Shown: positions 31,847 to 41,576, numbered from the stretch's first letter. The stretch: DNA of 64,000 bases from an uncultured Spirochaetota bacterium (GCA_963734495.1 CAVTHK010000011.1:416001-480000); one strand, 5' to 3'. Numbers and translations are program-made. Notes: generated by a model from the sequence alone, not told the origin.

Positions 31847-32230
31847 ATGAGATTGACGTGGGTGTTCCCGATGCTGCTTGCCGCCTTTCCCCTGTGCGCA
31901 GAGCCGTTCTCGCAGAGCCAGCGGGATCTGGGCCCGGTCGTCATGAGGGAGCTCTCGATCGGGGAGCGAAAGCTCGTCTTCCGGGTGGACTCGGGCGGCT
32001 GCACGGACGCGGCGAGCTTCAAGGTCGACGTGAAGAAAGAAGAAGGCCTTTCCGGCGGGATGCCGCACTACCGGCTGACCGTCCGCAGGGTGCGGGCCGA
32101 CGAATGCAAGGCGATGCTGTGGGACGGCGTCGTGATCGAGCTCGATCTCGAAAAGGACGTGGGGCTCAAGGGAAGCTTCACCATCAGCGTGGAGAACCCC
32201 GTGGCTCTCAAGTCCAGGGTCACGACGTGA
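31847..32230 (+). CDS. Hypothetical secreted protein with a Cys pair
   Basis: AAGGAG RBS, signal peptide, SGGCT and ADECKA, GC-type codon usage. Confidence 0.7.
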   Translation: MRLTWVFPMLLAAFPLCAEPFSQSQRDLGPVVMRELSIGERKLVFRVDSGGCTDAASFKVDVKKEEGLSGGMPHYRLTVRRVRADECKAMLWDGVVIELDLEKDVGLKGSFTISVENPVALKSRVTT

Positions 32231-32814
32231 GCGCGATCTCATGGCGGACCGGGCTCCTCGTTCTCTGTGTCCTCTTCGCTGCCGCTGCCACCGCGCGGGC
32301 CGATGACCGCGTCGACCTCGCCAAAGCGCTCCTCGCGGCCACGGTCAGGGCGATCGACCTGGAGGTCGAGGGGTACAGGACGAGGCTGCGGGCCGCCGAG
32401 ACCGGGACGGGTCCGAGGGACAACGTCGAGCGATTCAAGCAGAGAATCGCGGCGCTCGAGGCCGAGCGCGAGAAGCTCGGCCGCATGAAGCCGGAGGAGT
32501 ACCCCGAGCCGGTCCGGCAGCAGGCGGACCCGGCCTCCGTCCTCGAGCTGACGGCCGGATTCGGGCCCGTCCTTCCGCCCGTGCTGAGGGACGTCACGGT
32601 CACGGTCGACCAGCCCTGCGCCGACGGCACGCTGCTCTCGGTCGCGGGCACGAGCAGGTCCGGCCCCTTCTACCACCTGGCGGGGATCAAGGGCGGCGAC
32701 TACGCCGCCTTGAAGCGGGGAAAGCAGTACCGCCTGACGCTCTGCCTGGTCTACAGGCGGGAGTACTTCGGGCTCATCGGCGACTACTACGTCTACGTCG
32801 CCGAAGCAAAGTGA
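32227..32814 (+). CDS. Hypothetical secreted protein (coiled coil plus beta domain)
   Basis: GTGA overlap with the previous stop. Signal peptide GLLVLCVLFAAAATARA-DD. Confidence 0.7.
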   Translation: MSAISWRTGLLVLCVLFAAAATARADDRVDLAKALLAATVRAIDLEVEGYRTRLRAAETGTGPRDNVERFKQRIAALEAEREKLGRMKPEEYPEPVRQQADPASVLELTAGFGPVLPPVLRDVTVTVDQPCADGTLLSVAGTSRSGPFYHLAGIKGGDYAALKRGKQYRLTLCLVYRREYFGLIGDYYVYVAEAK

Positions 32815-33294
32815 AGACAAGGCTCGAGGCGGTTCCCGCCGGCCTGTTCTCCTCGAAGTTCGAGGTGCTCGAAGACGGCGCGCCGATCGGGCGGATCGTG
32901 AGCAAGGCCTTGATCCGCGAGAGAGGAACCCTCGAGACGGGCGGCCTGACCTTTTCGGCGGTTCGCGGGCGCGGGCTCCGCACGAGCTACACGCTGACAT
33001 CGGCAGCCGGGGAGCCCGTCGCCGGCGCGGAAAGAGCAAGGGCTGCTGCGCGAGGCCTATCGCGTCAGCTTCGCGGGCGCGGAGGTGCTCCTCACGAAGA
33101 AGGCCCTGGCCATGAGAGACACCTACGTCATGTCCGATGCGTCGGGTGAGATCGGGCGCATCGTGCGGACGAACGTTCTGTCCCGCCGGCTCCTGTTCGA
33201 GGCGGCGACGGGCGTGCCGCGGGAAATCTGTCTCTTCCTGATCTGGATCGCGCTCATGGTCCAGCGGAGGACCGGCGCGAGCTCGTCCTCCTAG
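32811..33294 (+). CDS. Hypothetical protein, possibly LURP-one/tubby-like beta barrel (frameshift at about 33040)
   Basis: GTGA overlap. Repeated beta units (FSSKFEVLEDGAPIGRIV; DTYVMSDASGEIGRIV) and a hydrophobic C-terminal helix. Confidence 0.5.
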
Positions 33295-34416
33295 CGCCGC
33301 AGCCCGACGCTTGGTCCGGGAGTCAGGCTGGTGCGGCCATCGCGGCCGTCGGCCGCCAGCGCGCGCACGAGGTCCAGCGTCTCCTGGTCGAGCCCCAGTT
33401 GCCGGCGGTACAGCAGCCACTCCACGCCCCAGATGTAGATGCGGTCGATCCCGGCATCGACCGCGCTCTTCCAGGAGGCGGCGAGCTGCGCGGCGCTCAT
33501 GGTCCGCGCCAGCTCCGCCGGGCTCGTCGCCCGCACCGTTGCCGGATCGACGGGCCACGGCTCAGCCTGCAGCTCGCCCACCCAGAGGCGGCGGCCCCGG
33601 CGGGAAGTGAGCCAGTTCTGGTAGCGGAGGGACAGGGGGGCGAACATGCCGAAACGCGTGAGGTCGACGTAGCCCGTGAAGAACGTGCTGCGGAAGTAGA
33701 GACGCCAGTAGATCGAAACCGCAACGATGTCGGGGTCGAACCGGAGCGTCTTCTGCAGCTGCGCGGCCATCCACGGAACGTCGGTGTAGGTGACGACGAT
33801 CGGGTGACGTGGGTCGAGCAGGCGGACGAGCCTGATCTCCTCGGGCAGGTGGCGCGTCACGTCGCGGCTCTCTTCGCCGAACCTCCAACCCGCAAAGGCA
33901 GCCAGCGGCTCGTTCTCGACCTGCCACGCCTCGAGCGCCGGGTGGCCCCGGTACCGGCTCACGACGGCGGAGATGAACCGCGTGAGAGCCAGCCGGAACC
34001 CGCTCGTCCGCAGCAGAGGCGGCCCAGGGCGGAGCATGGTACTCGGGAAACCGCGGAACTTTGTGGCCGACGGCCAGCAGGACCCGGGCCCCGCCTTCCG
34101 CGGCCGCCTCCATCTGCCAATCGAGGCTTTCCCATCGGAAGGCTCCGGGCTCCGGCTCGACCTCGTCCCAGTAAACGGGAAGGCGAAGGGCCTTGATCCC
34201 CAGGTCCTCCATGGTGTCGGCGAGGGCCTCGCGGGGGTCCAGTCCCAGCTCCGCGGCGTATTGCGCGGAAAAGCTCGCACCGCACAGGACAGGCTGTCCG
34301 CCGCGGGGCTTCGGGACAAAGGCCTGCAGGATAAAGGGGCGGCCGAACGTGAGCGCCGCGACCGCCAGCGCCAGGACGAACGGCACGACCCGGCGGGTCA
34401 CCAAGACTTTCTGCAT
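33291..34416 (-). CDS. Membrane-anchored clan GH-A TIM-barrel glycoside hydrolase-like protein (frameshift at about 34001)
   Basis: GASFSAQYA..LGLD, RLPVYWDEVEP, G.KVPRFPEYH.P.W, WQVENEP (acid/base), VGELQAEPW (nucleophile), WGVEW. Confidence 0.75.
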
Positions 34417-34588
34417 TGCGTCACCCCAAGTTTAGGCCGCGCCGCGGCGCGATGCCAGCACGGGCGCGAGTGGCCCATATCCAGGGACGGGCAGGGCTTC
34501 CGCGGCGGGGTGCCGCGGGGTGAGGCCCGGGACGCGCCCCGCGGTGGTATGTTGATTGGGACGTCAGCCCGCGGACGGAGTCTCGATC

Positions 34589-35458
34589 CTGATAGTCCAT
34601 CTCGTCGACGGGACATATGAGCTGTTTCGCTGCTTCTACGGCCTCCGCCGCTCTCCGCAGCCCGACGACGGCTACGGCGCAGTCCGCCTGGTGCTGCACG
34701 CGCTGCTGCAGATGGTGGAGGGCGGGGCGACGCACGTCGGCGTGGCGACCGATCACGTCATCGAGTCGTTCCGCAACGCGCTGTGGCCGGGATACAAGAC
34801 GGGCGCGGGCGTAGATCCGGCGCTGCTCGCCCAGTTCCATCCCCTGGAAGAGGCGCTGTCCGCGTTCGGCTTCGTGGTGTGGCCGATGGTCGAGCTCGAG
34901 GCGGATGACGCACTGGCCTCGGCGGCCGCCGCGGCTGCACCCGATGCGGCCGTCGAGAAGGTCTGCATCTGGACGCCGGACAAGGACCTGGCGCAGTGCG
35001 TGGTTGCCGATCGCGTCGTGCAGGTGGACCGGCGCTCGGGCCGCATCCGAGACGCCGAGGCCGTGCGGGAGAAGTTCGGCGTGCCGCCGGGATCGATTCC
35101 CGATTACCTGGCCTTGGTGGGCGACAGCGCCGACGGCTATCCCGGCATCCCCGGATGGGGAGCGAAGTCCGCGGCTGCGCTGTTCTCGCGCTACTCGCAC
35201 CTCGCCGATGTGCCTGTTGCGGACCCCGGATGGCGGCCCGCCATCGCCAACGGCGCGCGCCTGGCGCGCTCGCTGCGCGAGGGGTGGGACCGCGCCCGGC
35301 TCTTTCGCGACCTGGCAACGCTGCGGACGGACGCGCCGGTCTTCGGCTCCGTAGACGAGCTGGCCTGGAAGGGGCCGCAGCCTCAGGCGGAGGGGCTCTC
35401 CGGGCGCATCGCGGCGACCACGCTCCTCGAGCGCGCGAGACGGCTGCGAGCCGGCTGA
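34589..35458 (+). CDS. Stand-alone 5'-3' exonuclease / flap endonuclease (PolA N-terminal-like)
   Basis: VHLVDGTYELFR, FRNALWPGYK, EADDALAS, TPDKDLAQ, DYLALVGDSADGYPGIPGWGAKSA. The start may be CTG 34589 or TTG 34556. Confidence 0.9.
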   Translation: MIVHLVDGTYELFRCFYGLRRSPQPDDGYGAVRLVLHALLQMVEGGATHVGVATDHVIESFRNALWPGYKTGAGVDPALLAQFHPLEEALSAFGFVVWPMVELEADDALASAAAAAAPDAAVEKVCIWTPDKDLAQCVVADRVVQVDRRSGRIRDAEAVREKFGVPPGSIPDYLALVGDSADGYPGIPGWGAKSAAALFSRYSHLADVPVADPGWRPAIANGARLARSLREGWDRARLFRDLATLRTDAPVFGSVDELAWKGPQPQAEGLSGRIAATTLLERARRLRAG

Positions 35459-35465
35459 CGTCGAG

Positions 35466-35492
35466 TGTCGATTCCCCCCGCCCTCGTTCGTC
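35466..35492 (+). promoter_or_regulatory. ECF42-type promoter motif upstream of the YciI/DGPF gene
   Basis: TGTCGA(35466-35471)-17-CGTC(35489-35492). Confidence 0.55.
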
Positions 35493-35550
35493 GTACCGAT
35501 AGAGGAGCGGCGGGGCCGCGCGCGCCACCGAGAACGCAAGGAGAGCCAAG

Positions 35551-35961
35551 ATGCGTTTCATGATACTGGTCAAGGCGACCAGGGACAGCGAGAAGGGAGT
35601 CATGCCAGGCGAGGAGGTCTTTGCCGCCATGGCGAGTTACCACGAGGAGCTGGCCAGGGCCGGAGCGCTGCTCGACGCCTCTGGGCTGCAGCCGAGCTCG
35701 AAAGGCTGGCGCGTTCGCTACACCGGCGGCAAGGCCTCGGTGGTCGACGGCCCCTTTGCGGAGAGCAAGGAGCTCGTGGCCGGCTACACCATCATCCAGG
35801 TCAAGTCGCGGGAAGAGGCGCTGGAGTGGACGAGGCGTTTCCCGAATCCCGGCATGAAGGACGGTGAGATCGAGGTCAGGCAGCTCTTCGACCTGGAGGA
35901 CCTTGGTCCGGGGGAATCGATCGAGCGCTTCCGCAGGTTAGGAGTCGCCGGATCCAGGTAG
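35551..35961 (+). CDS. YciI/DGPF-domain protein
   Basis: MRFMILVKA, GLQPSSKG.RV, VVDGPFAESKELVAGY, EIEVRQLF. AAGGAG RBS. Confidence 0.92.
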   Translation: MRFMILVKATRDSEKGVMPGEEVFAAMASYHEELARAGALLDASGLQPSSKGWRVRYTGGKASVVDGPFAESKELVAGYTIIQVKSREEALEWTRRFPNPGMKDGEIEVRQLFDLEDLGPGESIERFRRLGVAGSR

Positions 35962-36068
35962 CCCGCGCGTCCGGCGCGTCGGCAGCGGGCCGCGGCCGTC
36001 CTCGGCCTCGACGACACGGTCGACACCGTGGCCCGGCAGCCCCGCGGCAAACCGCGTCCCTCGCCGCC

Positions 36069-36422
36069 TCAGATCGCGTGCAAGCCCACGGCCTGGGCGC
36101 AGGTCCTGAACCGCGCGTCCGCGGTCAGGACGACCAGCGGTTCCGGATCGAGCTCCGCCCAGAGGATTGCCGTGGAGAGGTGAAGGGCGTCGAGCGTCCC
36201 GATGATCGTTGGGAACGCCTGGGCCGCCCGGCTCTTGACCCGGGGCGTCATCTCGAACGATCCGTGATGGCTCCGTCGAGGCGATAGCGCTGGAGGACCC
36301 GGTGACACTCGATGGCCAGAAGCTCGCTTGAACCCGGCTCTCGAAATCCCGGATGCGTTCGAGCTCCCGGTCGGCCGTGAGCAGGTAGCGCAGCATTACC
36401 GACGAATCCACGTAGCATTCAT
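36069..36422 (-). CDS. vapC: PIN-domain (VapC-like) toxin, frame-disrupted
   Basis: Reframed MNAYVDSSVMLRYLL... followed by ...FPTIIGTLDALHLSTA...VLTAD. ATGA overlap with the antitoxin. At least two indels. Confidence 0.75.
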
Positions 36423-36663
36423 CGCTCGCGACGCTCCGCCGTAAGGACGGCGAGGGGATCGACCTCTACAGAGATGCCCGGTTTGCGGAGCTCGAGCGCG
36501 CGCGTCGGAGCCTGCGGTACCAGCGGAGCGTTCGATTCCTCGTAAGGGATCACCTGGGCGATCGGTATTCGCGATCCAGGATGACGATCCGCCCGCCCTG
36601 GCGTACGGCAAGAAGCACCTGGCTGATGTGAGCCTTGAACTTGGAAATATTCATGGTCTTCAT
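36419..36663 (-). CDS. Phd/YefM family antitoxin (one frameshift at about 36570)
   Basis: MKTMNISKFKAHISQVLLAVRQGGRIVILDR joins ..IPIAQVIP...DPLAVLTAERRER*. Confidence 0.78.
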
Positions 36664-36698
36664 GAGACCCCAATAGGTCTTGTCGAGACCTGTGTCAA
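36655..36698 (-). promoter_or_regulatory. TA promoter with two palindromic operators
   Basis: GGTCTT-N3-GAGACC at 36655-36669 and 36676-36690 (21-bp period). TTGACA at 36698-36693. Confidence 0.7.
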
Positions 36699-36730
36699 CC
36701 GCGGCCCCGCGATGCACCGCGATGCGCGCC

Positions 36731-37756
36731 TCACGTCCGCCTGAACGTTCTGTGCGCGATCTCGACGACGCCGCCGGGGAGGAACTGGGCCGCGAGCTGG
36801 CGGACTCCCCGCCTGCGGTCCTCGTCGCCGCGCTCGCGGCCGAACACGAGGCGGCAGTACGCGGCCACGTCCTGCACGATCCGCTCGTAGCGATAGTAGG
36901 CGACGGCGGCGGCGTCGATCGAAATCTCGCCGTACCCCCGGTAGAACCAGGCCTCCTCGTCCGGCCTGTTCCAGACCCCGCCGACGCCCCCGCCGACGAA
37001 CATCAGGTCCCGCTCCCTGGGAGCGAACAGCAGATCGTCCCAGTCGACGACGAAGAGCCCGCCGCCGTCCGCCACGAGGACGTTGCCCGCGTGGACGTCG
37101 GTGTGGCAGAGCACGAACGCGGGCGCGGCGCGCCGCAGCCCGGCCGCCAGGCGCTCCGCCCGGTCGACCATCAGGCCGATCTCGCCGCGCCGGGACTCGA
37201 GGAGCGCGGCAAGCTCGCCGGCGGCCGGATCGGAGCCCGCGGGGTCCGCCGGGCGCGCGAGGGCCTCCCGCACCTCCTCGCGCGCCTCCGGCGACCAGGC
37301 CTCGCGCGGGATCGCCTCGCGCATGTTATGCGGCAGCGGCTCGTCGTGCAGCCGCCGGAGGAACGCGCCCAGCGCCGTCCAGCGGCGCTCGTCCAGCTCC
37401 GCGGCGAACCCGCTGCGGCCTTCGACAAAGGGATACAGGATCATGCTGAAGGCGTCCGCGGCCGGCCCCGCCTCGAGCGGGGCGCTGAGCCCGCCGTCGA
37501 GGGTGGGCAGCGGCGCGATGACGTGCTCGACGCCGCGGTCCGCGAGCAGCCGCGGCAGCGCCACGCTCGCCTGCTTGAAGGGGCCGCGCCGCAGCTTGAG
37601 GAACCACAAGGCGCCGCCCGCGCCCCACACGCGGAAGACGGCGGTTCCGACGTCGGAGCCGAGGGGCAGGAAGCGCAGCCGCGTCGCGGCCACGCCGTAC
37701 GCGTCGCGCAGGGAGGAGAGGATCGCGTGATCCGGTATGTCGGGCGGCTCCAGCAT
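36731..37756 (-). CDS. Aminoglycoside phosphotransferase family kinase (APH(9)/spectinomycin phosphotransferase-like)
   Basis: MLEPPDI, FLPLGSD, WFLKLRRG, LYPFVEG, LCHTDVHAGN (Brenner motif), VDWDD...APRERDLMF. Confidence 0.8.
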   Translation of the reverse strand: MLEPPDIPDHAILSSLRDAYGVAATRLRFLPLGSDVGTAVFRVWGAGGALWFLKLRRGPFKQASVALPRLLADRGVEHVIAPLPTLDGGLSAPLEAGPAADAFSMILYPFVEGRSGFAAELDERRWTALGAFLRRLHDEPLPHNMREAIPREAWSPEAREEVREALARPADPAGSDPAAGELAALLESRRGEIGLMVDRAERLAAGLRRAAPAFVLCHTDVHAGNVLVADGGGLFVVDWDDLLFAPRERDLMFVGGGVGGVWNRPDEEAWFYRGYGEISIDAAAVAYYRYERIVQDVAAYCRLVFGRERGDEDRRRGVRQLAAQFLPGGVVEIAHRTFRRT

Positions 37757-37819
37757 CGCGCCCAACATAGCGCGCGGGCGGCTGCGCGCCAAGGCGGCGC
37801 GCGCGCAACGCAGTGCGAC

Positions 37820-38372
37820 CTACTTGTCCTGCGCTCGGGGATACGGCGGCTCGCGGACCAGGCGCTCCAGCACGTCGACCCACGTCTGGTCCACCGTGTA
37901 AACGTCGTGCGAGCCCGCGAGCCGGACGTAGGAGGCGCCGCCGTCCGGCGTCCGATCGCCGACTTCCGCTTTGACGGAGCTCCCGTTCGCGAGGGTGAGG
38001 TCGATCCTGACCGCAGGCGCGCCGAACCCGTAGACCGCAAGCTGCTCGTCGCTCGCATCGGCGGCTATGGACCGGTTCGCTCCCGGACCGCTCAGGATGA
38101 GGGGGACGCCGCCGCCCCAGCGCTGCATGTCGACTTTCGGTCCGGCGGGCTCGTCGAAGTACCAGTACTGGTCATCGTGCCTGACCCACGCGGCGGCTCT
38201 TGCCGTCCGATGGAAGGCTGATGGCGATGCGCCTGAGCTCGTCCATCTCCACGGACCAGAGGAATGCCCGCGGCTTTTCCGGCGGCGCGACGTCGGGCCT
38301 GCGGGTCGCGACGTACCCGATCGCCAGGGCTGCGAGAATCGCCGCCATGACGGCGATGGCGCGGAGTCTCAT
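37820..38372 (-). CDS. DUF4340-domain protein (frameshift at about 38195)
   Basis: N-terminal TM anchor, L..YGFGAP, VGDRTPDGGASYVR..GS.DVYTVD. Lies downstream of the GldG-like gene. Confidence 0.72.
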
Positions 38373-38380
38373 CGGGCCGT

Positions 38381-39907
38381 CTACCTTCGACGCCACCAGA
38401 CGAGGCCTCCTGCCGCGAGGACGAGGAGCGGGAGAAGCCCCACGCTCGACAGATGCAGGAACCTCGCCTGCTCCGGGCTCAGCAGCAGCCTGCGGGTGTC
38501 GAGCACTTTGCGGTCGACGGAGATGATCTCCTGCCCGGCGGCGAGCCAGTTGACCGCGGTGAGAAAGAGCGCGCCGTTGTTGCCGTTGCTGAAGTTCGTG
38601 TTCGAAGCGAAGTCCGAGTCGCCGATTGCCACCAGGCGCGTCCCGGTCTCCGCGTTCTGGCCCGCGGCGCCCGCGGGAGCCGTGGAGAGAAGGGCGCCGA
38701 TCGCCAGGGGACCCTTCCTGTCGACTCGCGGGTCGAACGCCGGCTCGCCCCCGCCGGGGCCCTTCTCGAGCCACGCATCGGGGCTCGTCCAGACCAGCGC
38801 GCTCAGCGTGACGTCGCTCGGGGCCTTTCCGTCGGGGATCACGGCGGTAGCGCCGGGGAAGTAGGTTTCCGACAGCCCGAAGCTGTTTCTCGTTCTCGGC
38901 ACGAGCAGAGTGTCCCGGCTCGGCTCGACGTAGGATTTGGGGTCGACCAGGGTCCCGTCCTCGATGTCGATCCACCAGTCGGCGAGGAGCTGCCGGATCC
39001 CCGCCGGCGGGTTCGGATCGAGGAGCACCAGGACCCGCCCGTCGTTCCTGATCCAGGTCCGGATCAGCTCGAGCTCGCCGCTCGCGGGCGACTGCCTCGG
39101 CCCTGCAATGACGAGCACGGCGGCGTCCCCGGGCACGCGGGGCTGAGCCGCGAGATCGAGCACATCGACCTGGAAGAGGTTGTCCCTCAGCCCGCTCGCG
39201 GCCGCGCTGTAGTCCCGCAGCACGCTGGCCTCGCCGTGGCCGGTGAGGAAGTACACCTTCTTCTGTCTCGTTCCGGTCACTTCGAGGATCGCGCTGGTAA
39301 AGGCATGCTCCGCCCCGGCCGCGATTTCGGGTCCAAGGATCTGCCGCTGTCCCTCGCCGCTGCGGAACACGACGGCCCCGTACGCGGCGCCCGCCCTGTC
39401 CACGCCGTAGCGCCTCGCCTGGTCGGGCCGCAGGTCGGGGTCGATCTCCTTGAGCGTCAGCCGGTCGGTGTGGTTCTTGTACTCGGCCAGCAGGCTGCGC
39501 GTGTAGCTGCTGATCTCCGCGGGCACGCCGGGCGAAAAGAAGGTCACCACTTCGACCGGCTTGTCCAGCCGGGCGAGCACGTCCTTCGTCTGGGACGTCA
39601 GCGTGAACTGCGCGAGACCGGTCAGATCGAAACGGTGATAGTTGCCCATGCTGATCGCGTTCGCGAGCACGACGATTCCGGCAAACAGCGAAACCATCAC
39701 GGTCGCGCCGATGCCGAGCCTGCCCCGCCGGCTCGCCAGCGCGCTTCTGATCCGTCTGAAGTCTGCGACGGCCGCGGCCGCGATCAGCGCCGCGCCCAGG
39801 GCCATGATGGCCCACGCGAACGCGCGGATGCCCGGCAGGATGAACATGAGCACCCAGCCGAAGAGCAGGGATGCCAATCCGAGCAGCGCAACCGTCGCCG
39901 TCTGCAT
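38381..39907 (-). CDS. GldG-family (GIFT domain) ABC auxiliary component
   Basis: RFDLTG...FTLTSQT..VL..LDKPV, IDPD, KVYFLTGHGE, LVIAGP, RLVAIGDSDF..N...NGALFLTAVNWL, C-terminal TM plus WWRRR. Confidence 0.88.
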   Translation of the reverse strand: MQTATVALLGLASLLFGWVLMFILPGIRAFAWAIMALGAALIAAAAVADFRRIRSALASRRGRLGIGATVMVSLFAGIVVLANAISMGNYHRFDLTGLAQFTLTSQTKDVLARLDKPVEVVTFFSPGVPAEISSYTRSLLAEYKNHTDRLTLKEIDPDLRPDQARRYGVDRAGAAYGAVVFRSGEGQRQILGPEIAAGAEHAFTSAILEVTGTRQKKVYFLTGHGEASVLRDYSAAASGLRDNLFQVDVLDLAAQPRVPGDAAVLVIAGPRQSPASGELELIRTWIRNDGRVLVLLDPNPPAGIRQLLADWWIDIEDGTLVDPKSYVEPSRDTLLVPRTRNSFGLSETYFPGATAVIPDGKAPSDVTLSALVWTSPDAWLEKGPGGGEPAFDPRVDRKGPLAIGALLSTAPAGAAGQNAETGTRLVAIGDSDFASNTNFSNGNNGALFLTAVNWLAAGQEIISVDRKVLDTRRLLLSPEQARFLHLSSVGLLPLLVLAAGGLVWWRRR

Positions 39908-39908
39908 C

Positions 39909-40625
39909 TCAGCGCCACCTGTCCGCTTCGACCGATCTCACGGCGAGGAAGAGGAACACCGCGGTCGTGCTGAGATAGGTGACGACCGACCGGGTGTCGA
40001 TCACGCCCCTCACGAAGTCGGGGAAATGGCCGGACAGCGAAACGTAGGACAGCAACTCTCCAAGGGCACCGGGCGCCGAATCCGCGAGGGCTCCGAGGAA
40101 CCACAGGGCGAAGAGGATCCCGCCGGCGACCACCCCGGCCGCGATCTGGTTCGACGTGAGCGACGACGCGAACAGGCCGACTGCCAGCGCGGCGCTGCCC
40201 AGGAGGAGCAGGCCCACGTAGCTCGTAAAGATGGGTCCGAGGTCCGGGTCGCCGAGCACGAACAGGAGGACGGGGTAGTAGAGAGTCAGCAGCAGCATGC
40301 TCGCGAGCAGGGCCAGGCTGCCGAGGAACTTGCCGATCACGATCTCGACGTCTCTCACCGGGACGGTGAGCAGCAGCTCCCAGGTCCCGAGCTTCCGCTC
40401 CTCTGCGATCAGGCGCATGGTGAGCGCGGCGGCGAAGAGCAGGATCAGGAACTGAGCCGCGTCCAGGAACCCTCTGATGCTGGTGTCGGCGTAGTTCGTG
40501 CCTGCAAGGTAGGAGGCGAAAAAGGTGCCGCTGAGCCCCAGGAACACCGCCGTGACGACGTATGCGACCGGCGAGGCGAGATAGGACCTGAACTCCTTGC
40601 GGGAAATGATGCTTATGTTCTTCAA
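39909..40625 (-). CDS. GldF-like ABC-2 permease
   Basis: KEFRSYLASPVAYVV, TMRLIAEERKLGTWELLLT.P, IVIGKFLG, SSLTSNQI, HF.DF.RGVID. Confidence 0.9.
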   Translation of the reverse strand: MKNISIISRKEFRSYLASPVAYVVTAVFLGLSGTFFASYLAGTNYADTSIRGFLDAAQFLILLFAAALTMRLIAEERKLGTWELLLTVPVRDVEIVIGKFLGSLALLASMLLLTLYYPVLLFVLGDPDLGPIFTSYVGLLLLGSAALAVGLFASSLTSNQIAAGVVAGGILFALWFLGALADSAPGALGELLSYVSLSGHFPDFVRGVIDTRSVVTYLSTTAVFLFLAVRSVEADRWR

Positions 40626-41576
40626 GCGCCGCCCCCGGCCGCGTTACTTTCGGGCGCGCCGCCTTGGGTCGTCAGCTCGAGGAAGACTTCCTCGAGGCTC
40701 ATCTCGACAGCCTCCATGGTCAGGAGCGTCCAGCCGCTGCTCACGATGGTTTGCGTGATCTCGGCCCGGGGCTCGCGGTCGGAGGGGAAGTCCACGACGT
40801 GATAGGGCTCTTTCGAACCTCACCGCCTGCACGCCGTCGATCTCCCGCAGGCGGCGGGTCACCTCCTCGTCGGGGCCCTGCACGCGCAGGCGGATGCGGC
40901 TTCCGCCCTTGAGGAGCGCCGTGAGGTTCTCGATCCGGTCCTGGGCCACGATCCGCCCCTGGTGGATGATGATCACGCGTTCGCAGATCATGCTCACTTC
41001 GGGCAGGATGTGGGTGGAAAGCAGGATCGTGTGCTCCTTTCCCAGCTCCCGGATGAGATCCCTGGTCTGCGCCACCTGGATGGGGTCGATGCCGACCGTC
41101 GGCTCGTCCAGGATCAGGACCTGCGGCTCGTGGATGATCGCCTGCGCCAGCCCGACCCGCTGCCTGAACCCTTTGGACAGCTTGCCCAGGATGACGTCGA
41201 TGTACTCCTCGAGGCGACAGGTCTCCACGACGCTCTCGATCCGCGCCTTCGCCTTCCGCGCGTCGAGCCCCCTGAGCCTGCCGACGTACTCCAGGTAGGC
41301 GCGCGTGGTCATGTCGGTGTAGAGCGGCACGATCTCCGGCATGTAGCCGATGAGCCGCCGGCCCTCCAGGGACCGGGTCGTCATGTCGTGCTCGGCTATC
41401 CGCACGTCGCCGCTCGTCGGCATCAGGTAGCCGGTGACGATGCGCATGGTCGTCGTCTTGCCCGCCCCGTTGGGGCCGAGGAACCCGACGATCTCGCCCT
41501 TCTCGACGGTGAACGTGATGTCGTCGACCGCCCGGCGCTTGCCGTAGTTCTTGACGAGGTTCGCGATCCGTATCAC
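40622..41576 (-). CDS. GldA-like ABC ATP-binding protein (frameshift at about 40812)
   Basis: GPNGAGKTT, LSKGFRQRVGLAQA, LDEPT.GIDP.Q, STHILPEV. Reframed C-terminus MSLEEVFLELT. Confidence 0.9.

Noticed and set aside
35962-36730. Mobile element or island around the TA pair
   Set aside because: No integrase, transposase, terminal inverted repeats or target-site duplication is visible.
38172-39815. 547-aa ORF overlapping gldG
   Set aside because: Arg/Gly-rich off-frame read. Only its last ~60 codons are real (the DUF4340 N-terminus).
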